Source: Octopus bimaculoides (Eukaryota). Taken from it: 64,000 nt of DNA. The position numbers were made by a program, and so were the translations under genes. The notes beneath the pieces are model-generated. The model was not told the DNA's origin. It saw only the letters and a program-made list of their open reading frames with translations, and made no database searches. Positions 1 through 11,846 of this stretch are shown piece by piece. The stretch spans positions 92,736,722-92,800,721 of the forward strand of contig NC_068986.1 of NCBI RefSeq assembly GCF_001194135.2, in the 5' to 3' direction. Position 1 is the first letter of the stretch. Every line of letters starts with the position of its first letter.

Positions 1-214
1 GCCTGTGTATCTGAAAGGAGTGTCAATGGAAAAGAGAAGGAAAGAAAGAAGGAAGAGAGAAAGAAGAACAAACTGTGTTTCCTTCTACATGGCTGGTCAA
101 TAGAAGATGACAAGTTGATTCTTGGTCTTTAAAAATGGCAAAACCAGGCGGCTACTCTAAGTGGGGTCTGTTTTGATGAGGAATCACATTTTCAAAAAAA
201 TTGTCTGGACTTAT

Positions 215-301
<87 letters not shown>

Positions 302-539
302 TATTTATATATTATTTTTTTTCATTTCATTATATGTAAAACCTCACACTTTATGTCTGTCTTTGTATTATTTTCCTCTTCCTTCACCCTGGTGACAAAT
401 AAAAAAAAATCATCATAATCATCATCATGTTGCTGTTGTTGTTGCTATTGTTATTGTAGTTGTTGTCATTGTGCAAAAAGTCTCTTGAGTATGTGGTTGC
501 TGTTTTATTCCTTATATGTTTTTCTCTCCTGTTATCCAG

Positions 540-617
540 ATCAAAAGACGGTGTGTGTTAGAATGTATCATATCCAGTGAAAAGTCATATATCGAAAGTC
601 TCCAGAGAATACACAAC
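540..617 (+). CDS. ARHGEF10: RhoGEF exon 1 in window (start of DH domain; upstream exons lie outside the window)
   Basis: ccag|ATC...AAC|gtgagt; 78 nt, phase 0-0; IKRRCVLECIISSEKSYIESLQRIHN fits the first DH helix (E..SY..SL). Confidence 0.88.
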
Positions 618-781
618 GTGAGTTGAGCAAATTTACTAATAGAAATTGATATGATATAATACAGCATACTACTTACTATAATACAACATACACGGTGGTA
701 TCAAATGGTTTATGGTTAATAAAATATAATTTATTTACCTAATAAGATTTTATAGTTTGCTTGAAGCATTGTATATGGAAT

Positions 782-1931
782 ATAATGTTGAAAGATTTAA
801 AAGGCCAAACAATGCAAATAGATTTTAAGATGAAGTAATGAAGTAAAGGCGGCGAGCTGGCAGAAACGTTAGCACACCGGGCGAAATACTTAGTGGTCTG
901 TCTTTACGATCTGAGTTCAAATTCCGCCAAGGTCGACTTTGCCTTTCATCCTTTCAGGGTCGATAAATAAAGTACCAGTTACACACTGGGGTCGATGCAA
1001 TCGACTTAATCCCTTTGTCTGTCCTTGTTCGTCCCCTCTATGTTTAGCCCCATGTGGGCAATAAAGAAATAAGATGAGGTAATGTAAACTAAAAGTAACT
1101 TACATGGTGATCTTTGGTCTTATATGTATCCAATATTTCAGGACATACAAGTCTCTTCTTCAGGGTTAAAAAAGAACTGTCCTTGGTAAGATGTTTTTTG
1201 TCAGAGATAAAATAATTCTATGATTATATTTGTATTTTCAAGTGTTTCTCTTCTTCGTGAATGTTAGTGATGTCAGTTATTGACTTATCGATTTTCATCA
1301 CCTCTTTTCTAATATGGAGGTGCAATGGCCCAGTGGTTAAGGCAGCAGACTTGAAGTCGGAGGATCACGGTTTCAATTCCCAGACCGGGCATTGTGTGTG
1401 TTTATTGTGTTATTTCTTTACTACCCACAAGGGGCTACACACGGGACAAACAAGGACAGACAAATGGATTAAGTCGATTATATCGACCCCAGTGCGTAAC
1501 TGGTACTTATTTAATCAACCCCGAAAGGATGAAAGGCAAAGTTGACCTCGGCGGAATTTGAACTCAGAACGTAGCGGCAGACGAAATCCCGCTAAGCATT
1601 TCGCCCGGCGTGCTAACGTTTCTGCCAGCTCACCAATTTCTAATATGTAGTAAATATGCCTGTGTGTGTATGTCATTTTATGTATTGTGTACTTAGCTCC
1701 AATCTATTATTTATTTGTGGGTTTAATTTATAGATAATCAAAGCTTCCTTAATTCTTAAGTTGCCGAGATTTCTATCATTGGCTTCAATAGTAACTTTAA
1801 TTTGTTTGTTGGTATTTTAAGTATTGGATACATATAAGACCAAAGATTACCAGGTAACTTACTTTTAGTTTACGTTACTGCATCTTAAAATCTATTTGCA
1901 TTGTTTGGCCTTTTAAATCTCTCAACATTAT
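782..1931. repeat. ~110-bp inverted repeat; left arm interrupted by a family-A SINE
   Basis: 782-840 plus 1084-1135 is the reverse complement of 1822-1931. Confidence 0.85.
848..1072 (+). mobile_element. tRNA-derived SINE, family A (GGCGGCGAGCTGGCAGAA head)
   Basis: A/B-box-like head (...GAGTTCAAATTCC), body GGTCGACTTTGCCTTTCATCCTTTC.GGGTCGATAAA, tail ATAAAGAAAT. Other copies (approximate): 1410-1635(-), 6690-6930(-), 10312-10545(+), 30577-30806(-), 52749-52975(+). Confidence 0.9.
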
Positions 1932-1939
1932 TTATCTAA

Positions 1940-2355
1940 GTTTTAATATCATTTTCGAAATAGTCACCTTGTGCTGCAAATACACCTGTCCCAGAATCCC
2001 TGCCACTTTTGGAATATGGTTTGAAAGTCATTTTCTGTAAGGAAGTTGAGGACCTTCTGTGATTTGCTCTGGATCTCAACAACTTCTGTCTCTTAGGGAA
2101 GAGATGGAAGTCCGCAGGTACCAAATCCGGCAAATAGGGCAGGTGCCAAAGCGATACCATGTTGTTTTTGGTGAGAGACTCATGAGTGAAGAGAGCTCAG
2201 TGAAGAATCCAATTCTTTGTGCTCCACAGATCTGGTCACTTATGCCAAATTCCCTTCCTCAAACGCTTCAGTGTCATAGTAACACATTTGATTGACAGAC
2301 TGGTCCTGCAGGATGAATTTCTGGGAGTGACACTCATGGCAAATCTTCCATCAAC
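1940..2355 (-). mobile_element. Decayed mariner (DD34D-type) transposase fragment
   Basis: HLPYLPDLVPADFHLFPK resembles HPPYSPDLAP.DF.LFPK; upstream are QDQSVNQ...LKRLRKGIWHK*PDLWSTKNWILH. Stops and frameshifts are present. Confidence 0.8.
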
Positions 2356-2424
2356 ATCATCATCAACAATAACAAATAGTACACCAGTTTTCTAATCTAA
2401 TATCTCTTCTATTCGATGTTTCAG

Positions 2425-2598
2425 GACTATGAGACTCCAATTCTGGAAGCTGTTGACTCGCAGAAATCTAAAGTGAAAAGTTCACTGAAAAAGTTACGGG
2501 AGATACTCAACTACCATCGTATGTTCCAGATCGAACTGGCCAATCGTGTCAATGACTGGCAGGAAGAAAATATCATTGGAGACATCTTCATTGCATCG
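2425..2598 (+). CDS. ARHGEF10: RhoGEF exon 2 (DH)
   Basis: tttcag|GAC...TCG|gtgtgt; 174 nt, phase 0-0; DYETPILEAV...HRMFQIELANRVNDWQEENIIGDIFIAS. Confidence 0.93.
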
Positions 2599-2980
2599 GT
2601 GTGTGTTTGATTCATGTCTACTGCCATGATGAAATATATTGCCTCATTTTAAAAAAAATATTGTTTTATTGGTATAGTTCTTTGTATTTGTGTTATGCAT
2701 GTCCAACTATCTACCTCTNNNNNNNNNNNNNNNNNNNNNNNNNNNNNNNNNNNNNNNNNNNNNNNNNNNNNNNNNNNNNNNNNNNNNNNNNNNNNNNNNN
2801 NNNNNNNNNNNNNNNNNNNNNNNNNNNNNNNNNNNNNNNNNNNNNNNNNNNNNNNNNNNNNNNNNNNNNNNNNNNNNNNNNNNNNNNNNNNNNNNNNNNN
2901 NNNNNNNNNNNNNNNNNNNTTATATTATATATATATATTATATTATATATATATATATATTATATTATATATATATGATA

Positions 2981-2989
<9 letters not shown>

Positions 2990-3047
<58 letters not shown>

Positions 3048-3358
3048 GTTGTTGTTGTTGTTATTATTATTATTGAGTAAGAGAACAGTGTGCATGCCAT
3101 CAAAGTGACACTGGGGTAAAATATACAAAGCCCAGTATACCCATCATGACTACACGTCTGATAAGGGTACACCAGGCACATGCATCACAACCGTATGTGC
3201 GTAACATGGTGATCTCATATCAAGATAAACAGCACATGATCTTGCAGGAGAGATTCAGTTAGAATTGTTTTCGGGTTGAGTCGCCCATCCTGCTCAAATG
3301 GTCCTTGAATAAGGGTTGCTTGAGGATTGGGAACAAAATGCCCATGTTTCCAGAAGTG
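2990..3358 (-). mobile_element. Probable LINE 3' UTR fragment ending in an (AAT)n tail
   Basis: Unique-looking 280 nt runs directly into a long (AAT)n tract on the minus strand. No coding evidence. Confidence 0.4.
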
Positions 3359-4832
3359 AATTAAATATCCTGGAAACAGCTGTAAGACCTTCTATTTATA
3401 AATGTCTATAGTGTACACAGCCTTGGTTTTTTTATCTCATTATGAAAAGTAAATCTTTTANNNNNNNNNNNNNNNNNNNNNNNNNNNNNNNNNNNNNNNN
3501 NNNNNNNNNNNNNNNNNNNNNNNNNNNNNNNNNNNNNNNNNNNNNNNNNNNNNNNNNNNNNNNNNNNNNNNNNNNNNNNNNNNNNNNNNNNNNNNNNNNN
3601 NNNNNNNNNNNNNNNNNNNNNNNNNNNNNNNNNNNNNNNNNNNNNNNNNNNNNNNNNNNNNNNNNNNNNNNNNNNNNNNNNNNNNNNNNNNNNNNNNNNN
3701 NNNNNNNNNNNNNNNNNNNNNNNNNNNNNNNNNNNNNNNNNNNNNNNNNNNNNNNNNNNNNNNNNNNNNNNNNNNNNNNNNNNNNNNNNNNNNNNNNNNN
3801 NNNNNNNNNNNNNNNNNNNNNNNNNNNNNNNNNNNNNNNNNNNNNNNNNNNNNNNNNNNNNNNNNNNNNNNNNNNNNNNNNNNNNNNNNNNNNNNNNNNN
3901 NNNNNNNNNNNNNNNNNNNNNNNNNNNNNNNNNNNNNNNNNNNNNNNNNNNNNNNNNNNNNNNNNNNNNNNNNNNNNNNNNNNNNNNNNNNNNNNNNNNN
4001 NNNNNNNNNNNNNNNNNNNNNNNNNNNNNNNNNNNNNNNNNNNNNNNNNNNNNNNNNNNNNNNNNNNNNNNNNNNNNNNNNNNNNNNNNNNNNNNNNNNN
4101 NNNNNNNNNNNNNNNNNNNNNNNNNNNNNNNNNNNNNNNNNNNNNNNNNNNNNNNNNNNNNNNNNNNNNNNNNNNNNNNNNNNNNNNNNNNNNNNNNNNN
4201 NNNNNNNNNNNNNNNNNNNNNNNNNNNNNNNNNNNNNNNNNNNNNNNNNNNNNNNNNNNNNNNNNNNNNNNNNNNNNNNNNNNNNNNNNNNNNNNNNNNN
4301 NNNNNNNNNNNNNNNNNNNNNNNNNNNNNNNNNNNNNNNNNNNNNNNNNNNNNNNNNNNNNNNNNNNNNNNNNNNNNNNNNNNNNNNNNNNNNNNNNNNN
4401 NNNNNCAGACATCTTGCTACGGCTTGTCTCTGGATAATGTCAATAAAGTGGAGAGGGACTATGAGGTTGTGCAAGCCTCATTGGACCTAAAACTCAGCAC
4501 AGGCATTGCCGACCTCTGCTCGATATGTGCGTTTTTTTTTTCCCCTATATATATTTATCTTATTTTAAATATATATTTGTCTTATTTTTAGTATATATTT
4601 TCTTCATTTTTAGTATATATATTTAAAAAAAATTTTTTTTTTAAGTTAGTCCTAGAGCGCACAATGTTTCTGAAGGTCGGCAATGGTCTTCCTCGGTCAC
4701 GAGTAGACGGCCATCATCATCACATATATATATGTAGCAATTAAGTCCCAAAAAGCATTTACATTTGTTTTTCTCATCTTGAAATGCAACAGAACTTTCT
4801 TTCCAGCCTAATACATTATTGTCTGTTTGCAG

Positions 4833-4949
4833 TTCTCAAAGTCAATGGTACTCGATGCTTACAGTGTATACGTGAATAATTTTACTGCCACCATGGAAGA
4901 TATCAAGAAGCTACAGAGAACTCGACAGTCATTCAGGGATTTCCTAAAA
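4833..4949 (+). CDS. ARHGEF10: RhoGEF exon 3 (DH)
   Basis: ttgcag|TTC...AAA|gtaagc; 117 nt; [39 protein letters not shown]. The [15 protein letters not shown] motif is characteristic of ARHGEF10/10L (recalled). Confidence 0.95.
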
Positions 4950-5147
4950 GTAAGCTCACTCTAACTTTAAAATATAAGTATATAAGTATATATACAGGTG
5001 CTTCTCAACCACATGGTTCTGGGTTCAGTCCCACTGTGGGGCACCTTGGGCAAGTGTCTTCTACTATAGCCTCTGGCTAACCAAAGCCTTGCGAGTGGAT
5101 TTGGTAGACAGAAACTAAAGAAGCCCATCGCATGTATATATATATAT

Positions 5148-5190
<43 letters not shown>

Positions 5191-5663
5191 NNNNNNNNNN
5201 NNNNNNNNNNNNNNNNNNNNNNNNNNNNNNNNNNNNNNNNNNNNNNNNNNNNNNNNNNNNNNNNNNNNNNNNNNNNNNNNNNNNNNNNNNNNNNNNNNNN
5301 NNNNNNNNNNNNNNNNNNNNNNNNNNNNNNNNNNNNNNNNNNNNNNNNNNNNNNNNNNNNNNNNNNNNNNNNNNNNNNNNNNNNNNNNNNNNNNNNNNNN
5401 NNNNNNNNNNNNNNNNNNNNNNNNNNNNNNNNNNNNNNNNNNNNNNNNNNNNNNNNNNNNNNNNNNNNNNNNNNNNNNNNNNNNNNNNNNNNNNNNNNNN
5501 NNNNNNNNNNNNNNNNNNNNNNNNNNNNNNNNNNNNNNNNNNNNNNNNNNNNNNNNNNNNNNNNNNNNNNNNNNNNNNNNNNNNNNNNNNNNNNNNNNNN
5601 NNNNNNNNNNNNNNNNNNNNNNNNNNNNNNNNNNNNNNNNNNNNNNNNNNNNNNNNNNNNNNN

Positions 5664-5696
<33 letters not shown>

Positions 5697-6062
5697 GTAT
5701 ATATTTGTGTGTGTGTTTGTGGTTGTCCCCCTGCCATTGCTTGACAACCAATGCTGGTTTGTTTATGTCCCCGCAACCTAGTGGTTTGGCAAATGAGACC
5801 GATAGAATAAGTACTAGGCTTACAAAGAATATGTCCTGAGGTCCATTCCTTCGATTAACACCCTTTAAGCAATTCTCCAGCATGGCCACAATCAAATGAC
5901 TGAAACAAGTAAAAGAATAAAAGAATGTAAGTATATACCATTATAATCATCATCATCATCATCATCACTAAAAGTGGTTTGACAGGAGTTGAGAAGCTGG
6001 AGAACTGCACCAGACTCCTTTGTCTGCTTTTGCATGGCTTCCATGGTTCACACACGCACACA

Positions 6063-6103
<41 letters not shown>

Positions 6104-6212
6104 GTGTACACACCACTTGGACAAGCACACATCAACTGCATCATTCTAGCATTTGCATGCACACATAAACAAGCAATAGCCTCACACACATATACACACA
6201 TCCATATGCACA

Positions 6213-6259
<47 letters not shown>

Positions 6260-6609
6260 ACGTGTACACACAAATACATGAAAGACACATCACTCCACAC
6301 AGTACATGCACTAGATTACCTGTACACATACACACACATGCTCTCATACACACATACACACAAGCCCATGCATTTGCCCAAACACACATACACGTGATAA
6401 CCTCACACACATGTACACACATTCATATGCATGCACACATACGCACACACGCAAACATGCACACACACACATACACATGCACACAGACACACACACATGC
6501 ATGTGCACACACACCCACACACACACATACACACGCAAATACATGAAACACACATCACTCCATGCAACACATGCACTAGATTACCTGTATGCATACACAC
6601 ACAGACCCA

Positions 6610-6642
<33 letters not shown>

Positions 6643-7066
6643 GCACACAGATGCACACATACACAAACACACATACATAAAAACAGAAGGTATATTTATT
6701 TCTTTATTGCCCACAGGGGGCTAAACATAGAGGGGACAAACAAGGACAGAGAAAGGGATTTAGTCGATTACATCGACCCCAGTGCATAACTGGTACTTGT
6801 TTGATCAACCCCCAAAAGCATGAAAGGCAAAGTCAACCTCGGTGGAATTTGAACTCAGAACATAACGGCAGGTGAAATACCACTAAGCATTTCGCCTGGC
6901 ATGCCAACGATCCTGCCAGCTCATCACCTTAAACAGATGGTATATTAATCCTCACTTGATCGATCCCACTTAGTTTGAAATGATGTTGATATGTACATTG
7001 ATGAATTCTGTTTTAATTATTAATCAACCAGCTAATTATAAGAAATATCTGTTTGATCTTTTATAG

Positions 7067-7159
7067 CAAAAGGAAACCAGTAGTCTAGACCGTCTGTCAA
7101 TATTTGCCCTGATGGTGAAGCCAATTCAAAGATTCCCACAGTTTATCATGTGCCTTCAG
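7067..7159 (+). CDS. ARHGEF10: RhoGEF exon 4 (DH)
   Basis: ttatag|CAA...CAG|gtaagg; 93 nt; QKETSSLDRLSIFALMVKPIQRFPQFIMCLQ contains the DH signature KPIQRFPQ. Confidence 0.95.
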
Positions 7160-7199
7160 GTAAGGAATTTTCCATTGAGATGTCTTTGATAGCTTCTGT

Positions 7200-7237
7200 T
7201 TAGTAGTAGTAGTAGTTGTAGTAGTAGTAGTAGTAGT

Positions 7238-7278
<41 letters not shown>

Positions 7279-7410
7279 CAGTAGTAGTAGTAGTAGTAGC
7301 AGCAGCAGCAGTAGTAGTAGTAGTAGTAACAGTAGCAGTAGTAGGTGGTGGTCGTGGTCGTGGTGGCAGTGGCGGCGGTGGTGCTAGTTGTAGTAGTTGT
7401 TTTTGTTGTT
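7200..7410. repeat. Compound (TAG)n/(CAG)n/(GGT)n microsatellite; representative of many simple repeats
   Basis: Other large tracts: CA-rich 6050-6680 and 11690-11845; CT-rich 15180-15650; (CTAT)n 23945-24140; (CAT)/(CAC)n 26770-27120 and 47120-47420; GT-rich 48860-49250; (GAA)n 49495-49545; (AAT)n 61440-61500. Confidence 0.95.
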
Positions 7411-8292
7411 GTTTAATGAAAGTGTGTAGCCTTTTGGTTAGCATGTTCGGCTCTTGTTTCTAAGTTCATGGGTTCATTTCCAAGACCAGGAGCAAATTGT
7501 GCACTTAATCCTTTAGTATTTAAGCTGACCACATCAGGCCCAAATATTCTACCTGTTTTATTTCAAACTCACTAGATCCAGTCTCTCATACCTACCCTAC
7601 AATGTCACTATAAATATATAAGCAATCACATCATTGAAGTCTTGATTCTATGAGTTACGCAACTACATAAACACCATCCCCACCAGAGCTGTAGCCCAGA
7701 GTCAGTACTGACCTCCACCAAACCTCTAGTTAAAGAGCATTCCTGACTTGACCAACCTATCTTTGTTTCAAATGCAATGTTTCTATATTAAAAAAGTAGG
7801 AAAGGACTTCAGAGAGACTTGCTGCTATTTCTGAAATTGAGTGATTTCATGAAGGCTCTAATTGAACAGACTCTCCAATTCTGACCATCTCTTAATTACT
7901 TTTTTTTCAAATGCAATATATCTAAGACAACATTATCCAGTATAGCCCTCTTCTATTTCAATAAAATACAGTATCATTTGAGGAAAATTCGATTATTATT
8001 TCTAGCAACTTCATAGGCTACATAGAGGCTTGCTTGTTAGTTCATTATAATAATGACGATGATGAGGATAAAATTGATGAAGATAATAATTTTTGTTGAT
8101 TAGCCCTAGGTCAATAGATCTTATGATCAAAGCCCTGACCATTCTACTTTGATTTCAGGCATAATGCTTCTCGGATTACATTAGCAGTCTGAATGGTTAC
8201 TTAGAGGCTCCCTTTGCCAAATTATGTAGTTGTATAGAAGGATTAACATGTTAATCATTATCAATATTCACTTTGTTGTTTCTTCATGTCAG

Positions 8293-8499
8293 GATCTGCT
8301 TAAATACACACCCAAGGGTCATGAAGACCGAAAGGCCCTCCAGCTTGCTGTGACCATCCTGGAGAATCTGGCTCTCAAATTGAATGATCGGAAACGAGAG
8401 AGTGAGAAGAAATTTGCAGCCAAACAACTATCGGTGAAGATTCGAATGTCCGCTTTCCATAACTCCTTCTTGATCCGTGAAGATGACATGTTTCATATC
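8293..8499 (+). CDS. ARHGEF10: RhoGEF exon 5 (end of DH, start of PH)
   Basis: gtcag|GAT...ATC|gtaagt; 207 nt; [38 protein letters not shown]...[10 protein letters not shown]. Confidence 0.95.
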
Positions 8500-9051
8500 G
8501 TAAGTTTGTTGTTGTTGTTGATGCTGATATATATATATATATATATANNNNNNNNNNNNNNNNNNNNNNNNNNNNNNNNNNNNNNNNNNNNNNNNNNNNN
8601 NNNNNNNNNNNNNNNNNNNNNNNNNNNNNNNNNNNNNNNNNNNNNNNNNNNNNNNNNNNNNNNNNNNNNNNNNNNNNNNNNNNNNNNNNNNNNNNNNNNN
8701 NNNNNNNNNNNNNNNNNNNNNNNNNNNNNNNNNNNNNNNNNNNNNNNNNNNNNNNNNNNNNNNNNNNNNNNNNNNNNNNNNNNNNNNNNNNNNNNNNNNN
8801 NNNNNNNNNNNNNNNNNNNNNNNNNNNNNNNNNNNNNNNNNNNNNNNNNNNNNNNNNNNNNNNNNNNNNNNNNNNNNNNNNNNNNNNNNNNNNNNNNNNN
8901 NNNNNNNNNNNNNNNNNNNNNNNNNNNNNNNNNNNNNNNNNNNNNNNNNNNNNNNNNNNNNNNNNNNNNNNNNNNNNNNNNNNNNNNNNNNNNNNNNNNN
9001 NNNNNNNNNNNNNNNNNNNNNNNNNNNNNNNNNNNNNNNNNNNNNNNNNNN

Positions 9052-9083
<32 letters not shown>

Positions 9084-9084
9084 C

Positions 9085-9527
9085 CAGAACATTTATAAAG
9101 AGAAGATCTTACAGCTGTTTCCATGATATTTTATATATCCCTTCATCAGAGACGGTGTGAGAAAATGGTTAAGCAATAGTTATTTTAGATAAGACATGAA
9201 ATAGAGAGTGAAGTGGAGGAATGAAAATAGACGTGAGATATGCAGGAATATTGTATCTGCAGTTCCATTATTTAGGCACAATGATATACATATAAGATTC
9301 CTGTACCTTGTGTGTAAGTTCTGTATACCATTCTGCCCAAACAATGGAACTGCAGATGCAATATCCCTGCATATCTCACGTCTATTTTCATTCCACCACT
9401 TCACTCTCTATTTCATATTTTCTCTAGAATAACTATTGCTTGACCATTTTCTCACACCATCTCTGATGAAGGGATATATAAAATGTCATGGAAACAGCTG
9501 TAAGACCTTCTATTTATAAATGTTCTG
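9085..9527. repeat. Long imperfect palindrome (arms ~205 bp, loop ~30 nt)
   Basis: 9085-9290 is the reverse complement of 9322-9527. The ORF track shows near-identical peptides on both strands (MKW.NENRREIC...SAVPLF). Confidence 0.95.
9460..9505 (+). ncRNA. Minimal type-I hammerhead-like motif (mirror copy at 9106-9153 on -)
   Basis: tct-CTGATGA-A-GGGATAT-ATAAA-ATGTCATG-GAAA-CAGCTG-TA-aga; palindromic stem III ACAGCTGT; stem II is imperfect at its base. Confidence 0.55.
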
Positions 9528-9723
9528 AAATCTTTCACAGCCTTGGATTTTTATGTCATTCTGTTAATTTTTTATATATATGCATATGCTGATATATGAC
9601 CTACGTTGGACTCCTCATTCACTTAATCACCGAACCTGGTGCTTAACTATAGTCTGTCCATAGCACTTACTCAGCATTGTCTGACACCTTTGGGTCTTCT
9701 TGACACCATTACCTCTCATAACC

Positions 9724-9755
<32 letters not shown>

Positions 9756-10259
9756 ATCATCCTCATCATCATCATTTAAGATCCGCCTTCCATACTAGCA
9801 TGGGTTGGTTGGTTTGACAGGAGCTGGTCAAGAATGAACCTATACCAGACTTCTGTGTCTGTTTCGGCATGGTTTTTACAACTGGATGCTCTTCCAGACA
9901 CCAACCCACCGAAGTGGACAGAGTGCTTTTTACATGAAACAAGCACAGGCGGGGTCAGTTTTGGCATAGTTTTTACTGCTGGATGCCTTTCCAAATGCCA
10001 GCCATTTAACGGTGTGAACAGGATGCTTTTTGTGTGGCACCAAGCACTGGCAGGGTCACCAAGTAACATGCAAGACAAAGATCTTTTGAGAGAGGAGAGA
10101 GGGGCATTGGAAGAGGAAGACAGAGATCCTTTGACCTTGGGTCAGATGATGAAAGGTTCAAGTGTGACGGAGAGACAGTGAGGCAGAAACAGCTGTCCTG
10201 CTGTAGAGAAAGAAGGTACATGGTTACTTGACCAGAGAGAGAGAGAAAGGGAAAGGGAG

Positions 10260-10297
<38 letters not shown>

Positions 10298-11252
10298 AAT
10301 CATATACACACAAAGGCAGTGAGCTGGCAGAAACGTTAGCACGCCGGGCAAAATGCTTAGCAGTATTTTGTGTCTTTACGTTCTGAGTTGAAATTCCGCC
10401 GAGGTCGACTTTGCCTTTCATCCTTTCGGAGTCGATTAAATAAGTACCAGTTATTCACTGGAGTCGATATAATTGACTTAATCCGTTCGTCTGTCCTTGT
10501 TTGTCCCCTCTGTGTGTAGCCCCTTGTGGGTAGTAAAGAAATAACACACTCACACACACATACACACACTCACACATACACACACATAAGCACACACACA
10601 TACACCTATAATTATGTATGTGTGAATATATATATCTCATCATCATCAATAATCCTCATCATCATCATCTTCATCATCATCATCATCATCATTTAACGTC
10701 CATCTTCCATGCTAGCATGGGTGATGTATATATAATATATAATATATATATATATACACATACACATACATCAAACAGTTGTACTCATGTACCATTTGTG
10801 ACAGATAATGAACTGTGGCTCCTTCAGCCAGTAGCTTACCTCTCTATTCACCTAGCTAGCTGTGACTCCTCACTGTTAATTAATCATTCAAATATTTACT
10901 CCAACTTAGCTTTAATTTATGCTAAATTATGCATTCCTTTTCTTCATCTCATTGTTTCCTATTTACCCTCTCACCTTACCATTAATTTATTCACAAACTC
11001 TCACTATATCTGATATCACTTATTATATTATACAGTGACATAATTCCCAGTCCATTAACTTTAATTCATACTAGTTCATTAATATTTTCCATTCTCCCAC
11101 TTAGAATTGTGTATCCTCTAACCTTCTTAGCTCTAATTTATGCTGATCTATTCACTCTTCTCTTACTTCTTTTAGCAGTTATGTACTTCCCACTCTCAAA
11201 TATTCAATTTATGTTAATTAATTCATGTATTCTTTCTCCTTTGTTTTTATAG

Positions 11253-11326
11253 GTGAATAATTGCACAAAGAAACGGCGGTTAATAATGCTGAATGATGCA
11301 CTTGTGTGCATCAAGGTGCAGGAAAG
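11253..11326 (+). CDS. ARHGEF10: RhoGEF exon 6 (PH)
   Basis: ttatag|GTG...GAA AG|gtatgt; 74 nt, phase 0-2; VNNCTKKRRLIMLNDALVCIKVQE. Confidence 0.92.
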
Positions 11327-11806
11327 GTATGTGTATGCAGATGTTATACTCGTTGATGCTAATGTTTAATCCTGGGTTAATCTTGATCCAGTACATCTGT
11401 GATCAAAGGTATAAACAACCATAATCATAATGTCCTAATGTGTCCTTTTTCAAATGGTTGAATGGGATTTGAAGGAAATTTGACTTCAATTTCCTTCAGT
11501 TATATTGACCAAGAGAGTCCCTCTTTGGAGTTGTGTGTATGTGTGTGTGTGTATGTGTGTGTGTATGCACATACATGCATACAAACACACACACACATAT
11601 TCACACTCACATCTATTAAAAAATGTTTTTAAAAAAATTTCTTGATAAATGTAGGGGTAGATTTGTTGTAATAATTTTGCTTCCCATCCACACACACACA
11701 CACATACACTAATACACTGACATGCACACACTGACATACACACTGATGCACACACATTAACACACACACACACACACACACACACACTGACACACACACA
11801 CACACT

Positions 11807-11846
<40 letters not shown>

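Noticed and set aside
1316-1390. tRNA-like sequences at SINE heads (also 848, 51001, 57003)
   Set aside because: They run directly into SINE bodies and lack complete acceptor-stem pairing, so they are not tRNA genes.
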